Shown here one piece after another: positions 49,901 to 62,090 of a stretch of DNA of 64,000 bases (position 1 is the first letter of the stretch; every line of letters starts with the position of its first letter). The stretch spans positions 203,608,001 to 203,672,000 of the forward strand of contig OZ024740.1 in the NCBI GenBank assembly GCA_964016885.1, written 5' to 3'. The position numbers and the translations under genes are program-made. The notes under the pieces were generated by a model, which was not told the origin of the DNA, ran no database searches, and saw nothing but the letters and a program-made list of their open reading frames with translations. Source of the stretch: Eledone cirrhosa. Lineage: Eukaryota.

Positions 49901-52678
49901 CCATCGTCAACAATAAATGGTGGTACTCTCTCAAGAAAGCAATTAGAATAGAATCGATAGCATTTAGCAGAGAGTTAGCCTTAGAGAAAAACAAAATAGA
50001 AAGAGAAATAGTAGCTAAGGTAGAGGAGGCACTTAGAAGTGGCAACGCGGCTAGAGTGATAGCGTCGAGAACGGCACTGGACCAGTTCTTCGATACGAAA
50101 CACGAAGGCTGCGTAGTCAGAATCAAAACACGTGCTCTGGGAAACGAAGGAGCGAAAGCTGTCAGCTGGGCCCGAGTGGCGGAGGCAAAAAGTGGCAACA
50201 AGTCCACGATTCGGTCTTTGAAAGACCAAAATGGACGCGTGCTACTTGACCCCAAGCAAATGTGCGCGGCCTTTCAGCAGAACTTTGCGCGACTGTTTGA
50301 GCAGACGACGGTGAGCCGAACGGGGCAATGGACTTTAGTTCATACCTCGACGGCCTGCCGCGTCTCTCGAAGACGGACGCCGAGTTCTGCGAAAGACCGA
50401 TCACGGACACTGAGATACGGGACGCTCTGGGCCGCTGCGGGAAACGCAAGTCACCTGGTCTAGATGGTCTACCCTATGAGTTTTACATAGGCATGCCGGA
50501 CTTGTTCTCTGGCGTCCTCGAAGCTATCTACTGCAATTGGCTGCAGAACGGGAGAATTCCCAGTTCTGCAGGCAAGGGCGTAGTAAGGCTGATCAGGAAA
50601 GACGAGAACAAGGGGGACGAAATTCACAACTTCAGGCCCATAACTCTGCTCAACACAGAGTTAAAAATTTTGGCCAAGGTGCTAGCGACGAGGTTGGCGC
50701 TTGTCGTCGAGAACCTGGAAGGGAAAGCGCAAACGTGTGCAATCCCGACCAGGTCCATACACGACAACCTCCATCTCATGCGATACATCATAAAGGAGGT
50801 GAGTATTAAACCCGGCTTCGGTGGGGCTCTGATCAATTTGGATCAGTCTAAGGCATTCGATAGGGTCGACCATCGATACCTGGAAGCGGTTCTCAAGGCG
50901 GCCGGTTTCGGTCCCGTTTTCAGAGGCTGGATCGAGGCGATGCACACCAGCATCTGTTCGAGGGTCAAGGTGAACGGCTACCTATCGGAGCCGTTCGCAA
51001 TCACGCGTTCCATTCGACAGGGGTGCCCTCTCTCCTCCATTCTGTATGTATTGACTCTGGAGCCACTACTGCTGAAATTGGAGCTGCTGCAGAGCATCCC
51101 TCTAGAACTGGGGCTGCGCAAAGCGGCGTCGGCTTATGCCGACGACGTGACGGTAATGGTGTCGAGCACCTCGGAAATCGGGGTGATCGGCAACTTACTG
51201 AAAGAATACGAAACGCTGACGGGAGCAAAACTAAACCCGGACAAGTCTGTCGGTTTGCAACACGGTATGTGGAGAGGAAAACCGATGACGTCCGACAGCG
51301 TCTGTTGGACGCTGGACAGACGGACCGGTGAAATTGCTCGGGGTCTGGTTCGGTCCAGACCTCTAGGTGGAAAAAAACTGGAACGAGGTCACGGCCAAGG
51401 TGTTTGTGCTCACCCAGAAGTGGGCAGAGTGCAAACTGTCCTTGAAAGGTCGAGCGGAGGTGGCGAACACTTTCATAGCGTCCGTCATCTACTACCGCTT
51501 GACTGCCGTGCCTTGTCCCCGTGAACACCTCGCCAAGATGGAACGCATGCTCTTCCAGTTTCTCTGGAAGAAGCAGGCTCCGCTGGTGAGGAGATCCGTC
51601 TGCTGTCAGCACCCTTCCAACGGGGGGATGGGAATGCCGTGGCTGATGATGCGCAAACATGCGCTGAGGCTGCAGCACCTCCAGGTATTCCTCACCGACC
51701 CCCAACCGGTGTGGGCACCGTTTGTGAGACAGGCCTTCCCACAGCTCGTCTCGCTGACGGAGCTGCAGTCCTGGGTCAAGAAAAGACCGAAAACGATAGG
51801 CGCTTCGACATTCTATAGAGGGATTGTACGTTACAAGGGCGACGACGCGCTCGGAGAGACTCTGGGCGTCGAAGACGATGAGCTCACCAGTCTGTTTGGT
51901 AAGACTTTCCGCCCGGGACCTATGGACAACTTCTAGGTCCCTGACCGGGCAGTTCTACCGAGGAGTTCTACCGGTTCGTGACAAGATCTACAGGCACGGA
52001 CGCCCTGCAGGGATCCTTCCAAGAGGACGTGTCCAAGATGCGCGCAGGACATTGAAACAGTCCTGCACGCAATTGTACACTGCCCGGGCGTAACCGACCT
52101 GTGGAACTATGCAGAACAACTGCTGTCGCGTATGGGACAAATCCAGTTGACTGAGTCCATAGTAAGGATCAAACTGCCAGCCTCTTTCAAAAACGAAAGA
52201 GATGCGGTTTTCCTCTGTACAGTGGCTATGGTGAAAGAAGTTATATGGTGGACGAGATTGAGAGGACTGAGGACAGATGCCTTTCTCTTCGGACAACAAT
52301 TAATTCCCTTCTTTAAGTATCACTTTAGAAGGAGAATCAGGGTGGAGAGAGAGGCACTGCACCCCAGTAAATTTACTGAAAGGTGGGTGAATGAAGCGAA
52401 AATGGCCCGAGTGATTGGGTCTTCTCTGTTTATAAACCTGTAGGTTGAGGAAGAGAGCAAAAGGAAGAAAGGAGCACTTGCACAACACGCTCCTGGAGTT
52501 GAGGGTTGTTCTATCGACGGGGTATTAAACAACCCATTTGTGGCGCCTCCCCCCTATTGGGGATTTCGATTGTTGAAATTGTTTGTTTTTATATTTTTTA
52601 CACGACTGTATGTAAAATCCCCAGCATGTCTTTGTATTGTCCCCTTTTCTTGTTGCGCCCTTGTGGCTAATAAAGAAA
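46911..52678 (+). mobile_element. Near full-length Tx1/L1-clade non-LTR retrotransposon (inactivated)
   Basis: ORF1 at about 47117-49019 with CCHC knuckle CFRCGSTAHLKASC; ORF2 at about 49062-52443; AATAAA at 52669-52674; (TCTA)n on both sides. Confidence 0.92.
49062..52443 (+). pseudogene. LINE ORF2 (APE endonuclease, RT, C-terminal Cys/His motif) with frameshifts and stops
   Basis: SLNVRGL, VGDWN, YLDRF and SDH (APE); PGLDGLP, FRPITLLN, LDQSKAFDRV, RQGCPLS and YADD (RT); CPRC...H...HC. Confidence 0.92.
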
Positions 52679-52720
52679 TCTATCTATCTATCTGACTGTT
52701 TGTCGACCCCCCCTCCACCC

Positions 52721-52809
<89 letters not shown>

Positions 52810-52850
52810 GTAATAGGAACCAGTAAGACCCCGTCGGGGTCTTACTGGTT

Positions 52851-52899
<49 letters not shown>

Positions 52900-53270
52900 A
52901 GGAAGTCAAATATGTAAAATTTGGCTTCGTTTATTATAAATTATAAATTCTCTGCTATATATATTTCGGTGACAGCCATCATTGGCTGTGACCTCTTCAG
53001 AATTGGTGTGGAAAAGACAGGTACACATGTTGTTGAGGTGTGTTTCACTCCGTTAATACATCGATATGTCCAGCTCCAGGGTGTGTTGTTATTCCTCCGA
53101 GGAACTGGAATCATATTTTACATTATTCCGGAGTAAACAAACCAACCTGCGGATATGTTTCCAGTTCCTCGGAGGACTAACAACACACCCAGGAGCTGGA
53201 CATATCGATGTATTGATGGAGTGAAGCACACCTCAACAACATGTGTACCTATCTTTTCCACACAATTCGG

Positions 53271-53325
53271 ACTGCCTGAAGAGGTCACAGCCAATGATGT
53301 CTGTCACCGAAATATATATAGCAGT
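53271..53325 (+). ncRNA. Type I hammerhead ribozyme (same family as 35279/35554)
   Basis: ACTGC-CTGAAGA-GGTcACAG...CTGTcACC-GAAA-TATATA-TA-GCAGT; the mirror copy at 52952-53000 has lost the 5' strand of stem I. Confidence 0.8.
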
Positions 53326-53335
53326 AAATTTATAA

Positions 53336-53948
53336 TCTATATATATATAAAATTGAGGATGTCTGTGTGTGTGTGAGTTTGAATCCCTAAAACTCGAGAA
53401 GCACCCAACCGACTGTTTTCAAACTTGACACATGTAATACTTATGTTTCTAGGAGTGCTATGCACATACAAAATTCAACTTTTTGATCTCCTAGGGCCCG
53501 CATTAGGTGAATAACTGCGTTTTTAAAGCTTTTTAGGTTTTTTTTGAGGCGTTACGTCAGACCGATTTCCTTGAAATTGTAACTATGTATTAGTCATTCT
53601 CTTCTTCATACCGTGAGCAAAGAAAATCCAACTTTTTTATGGCATTAGGTGAAAAATTTCATTGTTTCAGCTTTTTAGGGCTTTTTTGAGGCGTTACGTC
53701 TAGCCGATTTTCCCGAAATTTCAAGGCATATTATGCACATAAAAAAAAATTATTTTATGATCCCTTAGGTGAAAACCTGCATTTTTCCTGCTTCATCAAG
53801 GAAAATCTTAAAGATTATCCAGCCATCAGAGTATTCGGTTTATTTTCTTTACATATTGTCCAGGCATGCAGTGTTTCCACGATTAGGTCTGTTGGCAGCC
53901 CGCGTTCCAAAATACCTTATCCCGTGCAACGCCGGGTATCACTGCTAG
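53336..53948 (+). mobile_element. Non-autonomous Helitron
   Basis: A|TCTATATA start, hairpin CCCGTGCAACGCCGGG and CTAG|T end; the empty site TTTATAA|TTTATAATAAACG is visible at about 35611-35630. Confidence 0.85.
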
Positions 53949-54098
53949 TTTATAATAAACGAAGCCAAATTTTACATGTTTGACTTACTTATTTTATTTT
54001 ACATTACTCCGGAGTAAACAAACCAACCTGCGTACTTCGTCGAGTGCTCCAATCTGCATACTGAGGTGTCGGTAAACAACTAACATATATTCAAAATT

Positions 54099-54142
<44 letters not shown>

Positions 54143-54153
54143 TACTCTCTCTC

Positions 54154-54185
<32 letters not shown>

Positions 54186-55408
54186 TGTATATATATCTTG
54201 TTCCGCCCCATATCCTCTAACTGGGCATGACATTATGACATTATATCATCGCTTTCTTATATTTGTGCGAGGCTAATCTGTTGGACTTCCGTCAGCTGTG
54301 ACGACGAGTGAACCAGTTGATCCAACAAACTCGCTCGTGAAAGTAACGTGCACCCTTAATATAATTCTCAGAATCGGTGTCACACAGCCTGTGGCATAGT
54401 CGGCCCTTTGAATCACAGTTATAACTCGTTTTCGTCAGTCAGCTGAGTGGACCGGAGAAACGTGAAATTAAGTGTCTTGCTCAAGGACGCAACGTACAGC
54501 CGGGAAAGGAACTTATGACATTACGAGCGTGAGTCGAACACCGCTATCCACTAAGACACAAGAAGAAGAAGAAGAAGAAGAAGAAGAAGAAGAAGAAGAA
54601 GAAGAAGAAGAAGAAGAAGAAATGCATCTCACCAGAGGAAGGGGTCCCCGTGAGGTACAATAGGTGATGCAGCGAGTGTCTTCGCCATTTTGGCCACGGG
54701 GTGCACCCGAGTCATACCACCTAGACAGGGGTGTAGCACACTTAATTTCGCCACGAAGAAGAAGAAGAAGAAGACGAAGAAGAAGAAGAAGAAGAAGAAG
54801 AAGAAGAAGAAGAAGAAGAAGAAGAAGAAGAAGAAGGAAAAGAAAATTGAAGATTACGAAGGTCAAGGAAAATTTTGGTGTTTTAAGCATCTTCATATAG
54901 AATGTTGCAGCCAAGGAATCATTAAATTAAATATTACTTTACTTTATACCTTATCATTTTTAACTTATAAGTGGCTGAGCATTCTAGAAGCCCTTAATGT
55001 AATTCTCAGGAGCATACGACGTGCTACGGTGTATAACAAAGCCGGTCCTTTGAATTACATGTATATATATGTTTGTAGATGTGCGTGTGTCTATGCGTGT
55101 GTCTATGCGTGTGTATGTGTGTGCACGTGTGTATGTATATGTGTGTATGGTGTGGTGTATATATGTGTGTCCATGTGTGTGTATGTATATGCACATGAGT
55201 GTGTGGTGTGTATATATATGTGTGTGTCTATCTGTGTGAATGTATGTGTGTGTGTAGTGTGGTGTATATATATATATGTCGGTGTGTACATGTTTATATA
55301 TGTGTATATATATATATATATGTGTGTGTGTGTATGTACATGTGTGTGTATCTATATGTGTGAATGTATGTGTGTGTAATGTGGTGTATATATATATGTT
55401 GGTGTGTT

Positions 55409-55468
<60 letters not shown>

Positions 55469-55814
55469 CGTGTGTGTATATGTATGTGTGTGTGTGTGTA
55501 GCTGTGTGAATGTATATGTGTGTAGTGTGATATATATATATGTCGGTGTGTACATGTATGTATATATATATGTGTGCGTGTGTGTGTGTGTGTGTGCGTG
55601 TGCGTATATGTATATGTGTGTGTGTGTGTCTGCCTGTGTCTGTGTGTGGTGCGATGTGGTGTATATATATATATATGTCGGTGTGTGTATGATACTATTG
55701 TTTTCCCCCTTAGCAGCAGCAGCAGTAACCGACGGAGGTCCACTCCAGTTGCTGTATTATTTACTTCTGAGTTTAAGCCATGCTAATGAGCCTGACATTT
55801 TTGAGGTGATTGAA

Positions 55815-55849
55815 ACCCCTTATATTCATAATCCACCACCACCACCACC

Positions 55850-55881
<32 letters not shown>

Positions 55882-56071
55882 CAACAACAACACCACCATT
55901 ACCACCACCACCACCACCACACCAGCAGCACCACCACCACCACCACCACCACCACCACCACCACCACACCAGCACCACCACCACCACCAGCACCACCACC
56001 ACCAACACCACAAACAAAAAGAACAACAACATAGTAATACACACAAAGACACACGCACAAGCTTTCTCTTT

Positions 56072-56149
<78 letters not shown>

Positions 56150-56272
56150 CACACACACACACACACATGCACACACTCACTCTCTTTATCTCTTTCTGTC
56201 TTTCAAACACATACATTCACACAGACGCGCACACACTTATATTCATAATCCACCACCACCACCACCACCACC

Positions 56273-56304
<32 letters not shown>

Positions 56305-56396
56305 CACCACCATTACCACCACCACCACCACCACACCAGCAGCACCACCACCACCACCACCACCACCACCACCACCACACCACCACCACCACCACC

Positions 56397-56445
<49 letters not shown>

Positions 56446-56826
56446 CCACCACTACCACCACCACCACACCAGCACCACCACCACCACCACCACCATTACC
56501 ACCACCACCACCACCACCACACCACCACCACCACCACCACCACCACCACAACCACCAACAACACCACCATCATTACCACCACCACCACCACACCACCACC
56601 ACCAGCAACACCAGCACCACAACCAACAACAACACCACCATCATTACCACCACCACCACCACACCACCACCACCAGCACCACCACCACCACAACCACCAA
56701 CACCACCACCACCATTACCACCACCACCACCACAACCACCAACAACACCACCACCACCACCACCACAACCACCAACAACACCACCACCATTACCACCACC
56801 ACCACCACCACCACCACACCACCACC

Positions 56827-56857
<31 letters not shown>

Positions 56858-56966
56858 ACAACACCACAACCACCACAACCACCAACAACACCACCACCAC
56901 CACCACCACAACCACCAACAACACCACCACCATTACCACCACCACAACCACACCACCACCACCACC

Positions 56967-56997
<31 letters not shown>

Positions 56998-57241
56998 ACA
57001 ACACCACAACCACCACAACCACCAACAACACTACCACTTTAGCAGAGTACTACTTCGCTGCAGAATTTCTTTAAGAAATGTCAATTGTATAAACAAATGT
57101 GCAAAGATTCTATATTTGTAGCTAATTGGCGAGTGTGCACGTCGTATTGGTTCCAATATTGCTAATGCGATAAAACACCACAAACAAAAAGAACAACAAC
57201 ATAGTAATACACACAAAGACACACGCACAAGCTTTCTCTTT

Positions 57242-57293
<52 letters not shown>

Positions 57294-57380
57294 CACACAC
57301 ACACACACACATGCACACACTCACTCTCTTTATCTCTTTCTGTCTTTCAAACACATACATTCACACAGACGCGCACACAC
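55815..57380. repeat. Compound (CAC)n/(CAA)n/(CA)n low-complexity array with duplicated blocks
   Basis: The block starting CTTATATTCATAATCCACC repeats at about 55818 and 56236; 56005-56230 repeats at about 57175-57375. Confidence 0.9.
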
Positions 57381-57623
57381 ATATATATATATATATAAAG
57401 TATGTCCATAGAATCATTTGATAATATATATACACCATTTCCTCTCTCAATTAGCATAATTAACCACATGCTAATTGGGAGAGGAAATGGTGTATATATA
57501 TTATCAAATGATTCTATGGACATATTCATAGTATATTGCTCTGATTATTTAATTTATTAATTCTTCATTGCCAAAACACATATATATCTGTGACTTTGTC
57601 TAGTTTGTGTATATGTAAATCTT

Positions 57624-57658
<35 letters not shown>

Positions 57659-58370
57659 ATATGTATATGTATATATATATATATATTGGTAAAAGGAAAA
57701 GAAAATGCTGACAAATTGTTCCCAGTTAAAAATAGTTTAATTAGGAATAAGTAAAAATTAGTAATAGTATTGGTTAGTATTCAGTTTTGGTTTTAAGTTT
57801 TACCGGTTGCGCATTTCTAATGCTTTTCAAAAATAATTTTGAGATAGAGCGCCCGTGATGTTTGCTCTAATCTGATTAGTTTTGGAAATTCTACCTGTTT
57901 TATGTAAAAAAAGTGGCTCCAGATGTATGAAAAAATGCTTGTGGTCAAAACAATTTTGATTGGTCGGTAGAGGTCATGTGAATGTTAAAAAATGATTTTG
58001 CGCCAAATGTAGGTTTGTCTCGGCTGATTGAGAAGTCACTGAAAAATAAGTCTTTTAAGACAAATATGTGTGTGTGTGTAGTAGTAGTAGTAGTAAAGAG
58101 GTTCGTTGTTGTGATAATGGTTAGCAGGGATGTGTGTGCGAACCGCAGCCTGCTGACAGGTCAACAGTTCAGATGCCTATTAAGACAAGTGTGTGTGTGT
58201 GTGTGTGTGTGTAGCAGAGTAATTCGTGGTAGAGGGATCGGTCAGTAGGAATGTGTCTGTACGTGTGTGGGGGATATTTTAACATGTTAAAAGATATTTT
58301 TCAGCTCTTGTCTTATACGGAGAAGTGTGTGGGTGTGTGTGTATATGTCTCTTTGTATGTTAATGTACGC

Positions 58371-58498
<128 letters not shown>

Positions 58499-58984
58499 AT
58501 GTGTGTGTGTGTGTGGGTGGACCAGTATTTTTGTGATACTGGTAAAAATGGTGTACATTATTCGATATTTTCAGTAAAAACGATTCTCTCAATAGAACAT
58601 CAAAAACCTTAATAATAAAAGGTGTGAAATGATATATAGTATTGGCATAAGACCAAGGTGTGTGTGAGTGTCCAGATTGTACGTACTGCAAGGGGAATCC
58701 ATTAGGCCTTGCCGTATTGGAATACTTGTGTACAAATATGTATGTGCCCATCAGTGTGCAATGCATGTGTGCGTATATGTATGTGTGTGTGTCGGCACGT
58801 TTATATCTATAGACATCAAAAGGTATTCAAATTTGTGTATATTTGTGTTGCACCATAGAACATGTGTGTTTACGTATGTCATTGTGTTTATATGTGGATA
58901 GAGATGTATGTAGGATGTATGCTGATGTAGGTATGTATGTTGATGTGTGTATGTTGTGGGTTCGTTTTAGGGAGAAGTGTTTAG

Positions 58985-61825
58985 ACGGGGTCCGTATTTG
59001 TTAATAAAGTGAGATTCCTTGCTGATGCGCTGGGTGTGGGTGGCATTATCTTTAAATTTGTAGAGGGGAAAGATTCTAAAGTTGGGATGATTTTGGGCGG
59101 CACAGGTATCAATGTGTTCACTCAGTGGTATTTTCCTGTATTCCCGTATTTAAATTTGGGATCTATGGACAGTCATGCGTTGGCGGAGGCTGTTTTTGGT
59201 CTGGCCTATCTATTGTTCTCGACAACCTGAGCAAGTTAATACATATATTAGATTTTCTGATGCACATGTGTGTTTTACTATAAAACGTTGTCCTTCTTTG
59301 AAATAGAATTCCGAACCCTCTATTAGGTTGATGCATATGGCACAGTTGGGTCTATCGCATTTTTTTTACTGTGGGTTTCGTTGTTGTGGTTGGCAGTACT
59401 TTGGCATGTGTTAGGATGTTTTTCATTGACTTAGATTGTCTTTTGCTCTTTATGATATCGTGTGTTCGTAGGATTTGGTTCATTCTATGGTCCTTTTTTA
59501 ACACAGGGATGTTCTGGAGGATGGTGTCAAAGGCCTTATTGTTGAGGGGGTTGTGTGTGGAGATGTATGGAAGAGCTTTTAGTTTCGGTTGATTTACTTT
59601 AGGGTGTCTAAGGTCCTGGGTACTGAGTTTTAGGGCACGTTGGATTCCATTGTCAATTAGTGATGCAGAGTAGTCCCTGCCTATGAGTGTGTCCTTTAGT
59701 TCTTGTAGCCGTAAGTAACAGGTGTTTTTATTGGAGACTATAGTACAGATTCTCTTGGCTAAGTTGTAGGGAATATTAATTTTAACGCGTCTAGGGTGGC
59801 AAGAGTTGAAAGGAAGATATTGCTTGGAGTCTGTGGACTTGTAGTATATGTCTGTTTCTATTTTTTTGTTATGAATCTTAATGAGGATGTCGAGGCTGTA
59901 TTCCATCGTGAAGTTAATATTCGTGTTGAGCCCATTTATAGGGTGTGAAATTCTTTAAGTTTCTCGATGTTTTCGTGCCAAAGGATGAAGCAATCATCTA
60001 GATATCGCTTCCAGTTCCTTTCTATGTTTAAGTGGAGAGTGTTTCCAAATTTGTTTAGTACTTTAGTGTAGAGGGTGATTTCCAGGTATCCCATGACTAG
60101 GTTGGCATACGTGGGGGCTGTTTTCGTTCCCATAGCGGTCCCAGATTTCTGCCTGTAGGGTTTGTTATTGAAAACGAAGTAATTGTTCTCCAAGATAAAT
60201 TTGAGTCCTTCTATCACGAATTCTTTTTTGATGCGTTGTGAGAGTTCATTGTGGTAATTAACCAGAATTGGATAGCTTCTATTCCTAGGTTGTGGGGGAT
60301 TTTGGAGTATAGGTTGACTACATCGAACGTCACTAGTAGGGTTTGTTCAGAAAGGGGCATATTAGGGAGGTGATTGAGCATATCTAGGTCGTCCCTTATA
60401 TAGCTTTTGATGTGTTTGAGAAAAGGCTTGAGAAGGGTATCAATGAAGTTGCTAAGGCGGTGGGTTTCACAAGCGGGGCCTGCTATTATAGGTCTTAATT
60501 TAAGATCATTGGGTGAGGGGACATTGATGACTATGTCTGTGGCTTCCTTGCATGCCTTACTTATTAATTCGCTTTTATGTACTTTAGGGATACCGTAGAA
60601 AAGGCTGGATTTACTTGTGAAGTCTGTGATGAAGCTGAATTCCTTGTTAGTGAGTCCTTCTTTGTATTGGTTGATCAGAGTTTTTAGGTTTCTCATAATT
60701 TTCTGTTGATTGTAGTGTTCAGCCTTTTCGTAGTATGTTTCGTTTTCCAAAGTGGAGAGCGCTAAGTTGATATAGAATTCTGTCTCCATTAGGACTACTG
60801 TACTCCCTTTATCAACCTCTTTAATTGTAATGGTTCTGTCGGTTTTTAATCTATTTAATTCTTCCCATTCTTTCTTGTTGAGGTTTGGCTTGTGTTTTTG
60901 TCTGTGCAAGTGTTGGTAAGGGAAGTTTGTGATGTGTTCACAGAATTCGTCCAGGATTTTATTTCTACCTTTTGATGGGGTGTAATTGCTTCTATTTCTG
61001 GCTAATGATTCATCCTCATTGTACTGGTCGAATAGTTCTTCACTGAGTCGTAACTTTCTACAGAAGTCTGTGATGTCTTCCTTCATTTCATAGTTGTTAG
61101 GACGTAGTGGGGTCGGTGTGAATTTAAGACCTTTGGAGAGTAAGTTGATAAGGTTGGGTGTTGGTTCTGCACTAGTTAGATTGATAATTTTTATTACTCT
61201 CGGTTTCTCCTCCCTGTCTTGTATTATTTTGTTTGCCTGTATCTGTGTGCTGTGTCTAAAAAATGGTTGGGATAGAGGGGTTGTCTGCTGATGTTAAGTG
61301 GTCTCCTGTGTTTGTTATATTCCTTGTTGTTGTAAAATGTGGTTCGGGTTCGTGGTTGTAGATTGAATGGGGTGTTCCTGTATTGCGAGTATGGATGTGT
61401 GTTTCTATGTGCCATGTTGGATTGTGGTGTTATAGGTGGCCTACGTTGTTGGTTGTATCGTGTTGTGTGGGTTTGTTGTGCATTGTGGAGGCGAGAGTTG
61501 AGAAAATGGAAATTGGGTTGCTGTCCCCTTGAAGCGGGGAAGTTGTTACATCTATCATGGTGGTGGTATCTTTTCCCTATGTTTGACGATGAGGCATCCG
61601 CGTAGTAGTTGAGTGATTTGGTATGGTGTCTCCTTGAAGGGGGAAAGTTGTAAATGTCATTCTGGGGGAAATTATTTTTTTTGTTCCTTCTTATGGTGCT
61701 TCCTTCTTCTTTTGTTAGTGGCTGGGGGGTGTGCGAAGTTGTTGTGCGGTTCGGTTATGGGTTTTCCTATTTTTATGAACGGGTTATTGGAGGTGTAATC
61801 TGTTTGAAAAGTCGATTCATAGTTC

Positions 61826-61830
<5 letters not shown>
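58985..61830 (-). mobile_element. Near-complete Penelope-like element (Neptune-like), frameshifted
   Basis: DKGSTVV, FYGIPKVHKS, LRPIIAG, FDVVNLY, GTAMGTKTAPTYANL, RYLDDC, YKSTDSKQYL, a Cys linker, then IGQTKNSLRQRMTVHR (GIY-YIG). Confidence 0.92.
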
Positions 61831-61893
<63 letters not shown>

Positions 61894-62048
61894 AACGAGT
61901 AGGACCCCGACGGCTGAGCTCAAGCCGTCGAAACGGCTTGAGCTCAGCCGTCGGGGTCCTACTCGTTCCTATTACCCACTCTACTACCCTAAGTATTGAG
62001 TACTTTGGTGCGTTATAGTCCACCTGGTTCCTTACCACATTTCTTCCG

Positions 62049-62090
<42 letters not shown>

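Noticed and set aside
54560-54840. (GAA)n tracts giving poly-E/K/R ORFs (also 62825-62927)
   Set aside because: Ordinary microsatellites or retroelement tails.
55404-57074. 556-aa Pro/His/Thr-rich ORF and overlapping ORFs
   Set aside because: Stop-free (CAC)n/(CA)n low-complexity DNA that is open in many frames, with no domain or splice evidence.
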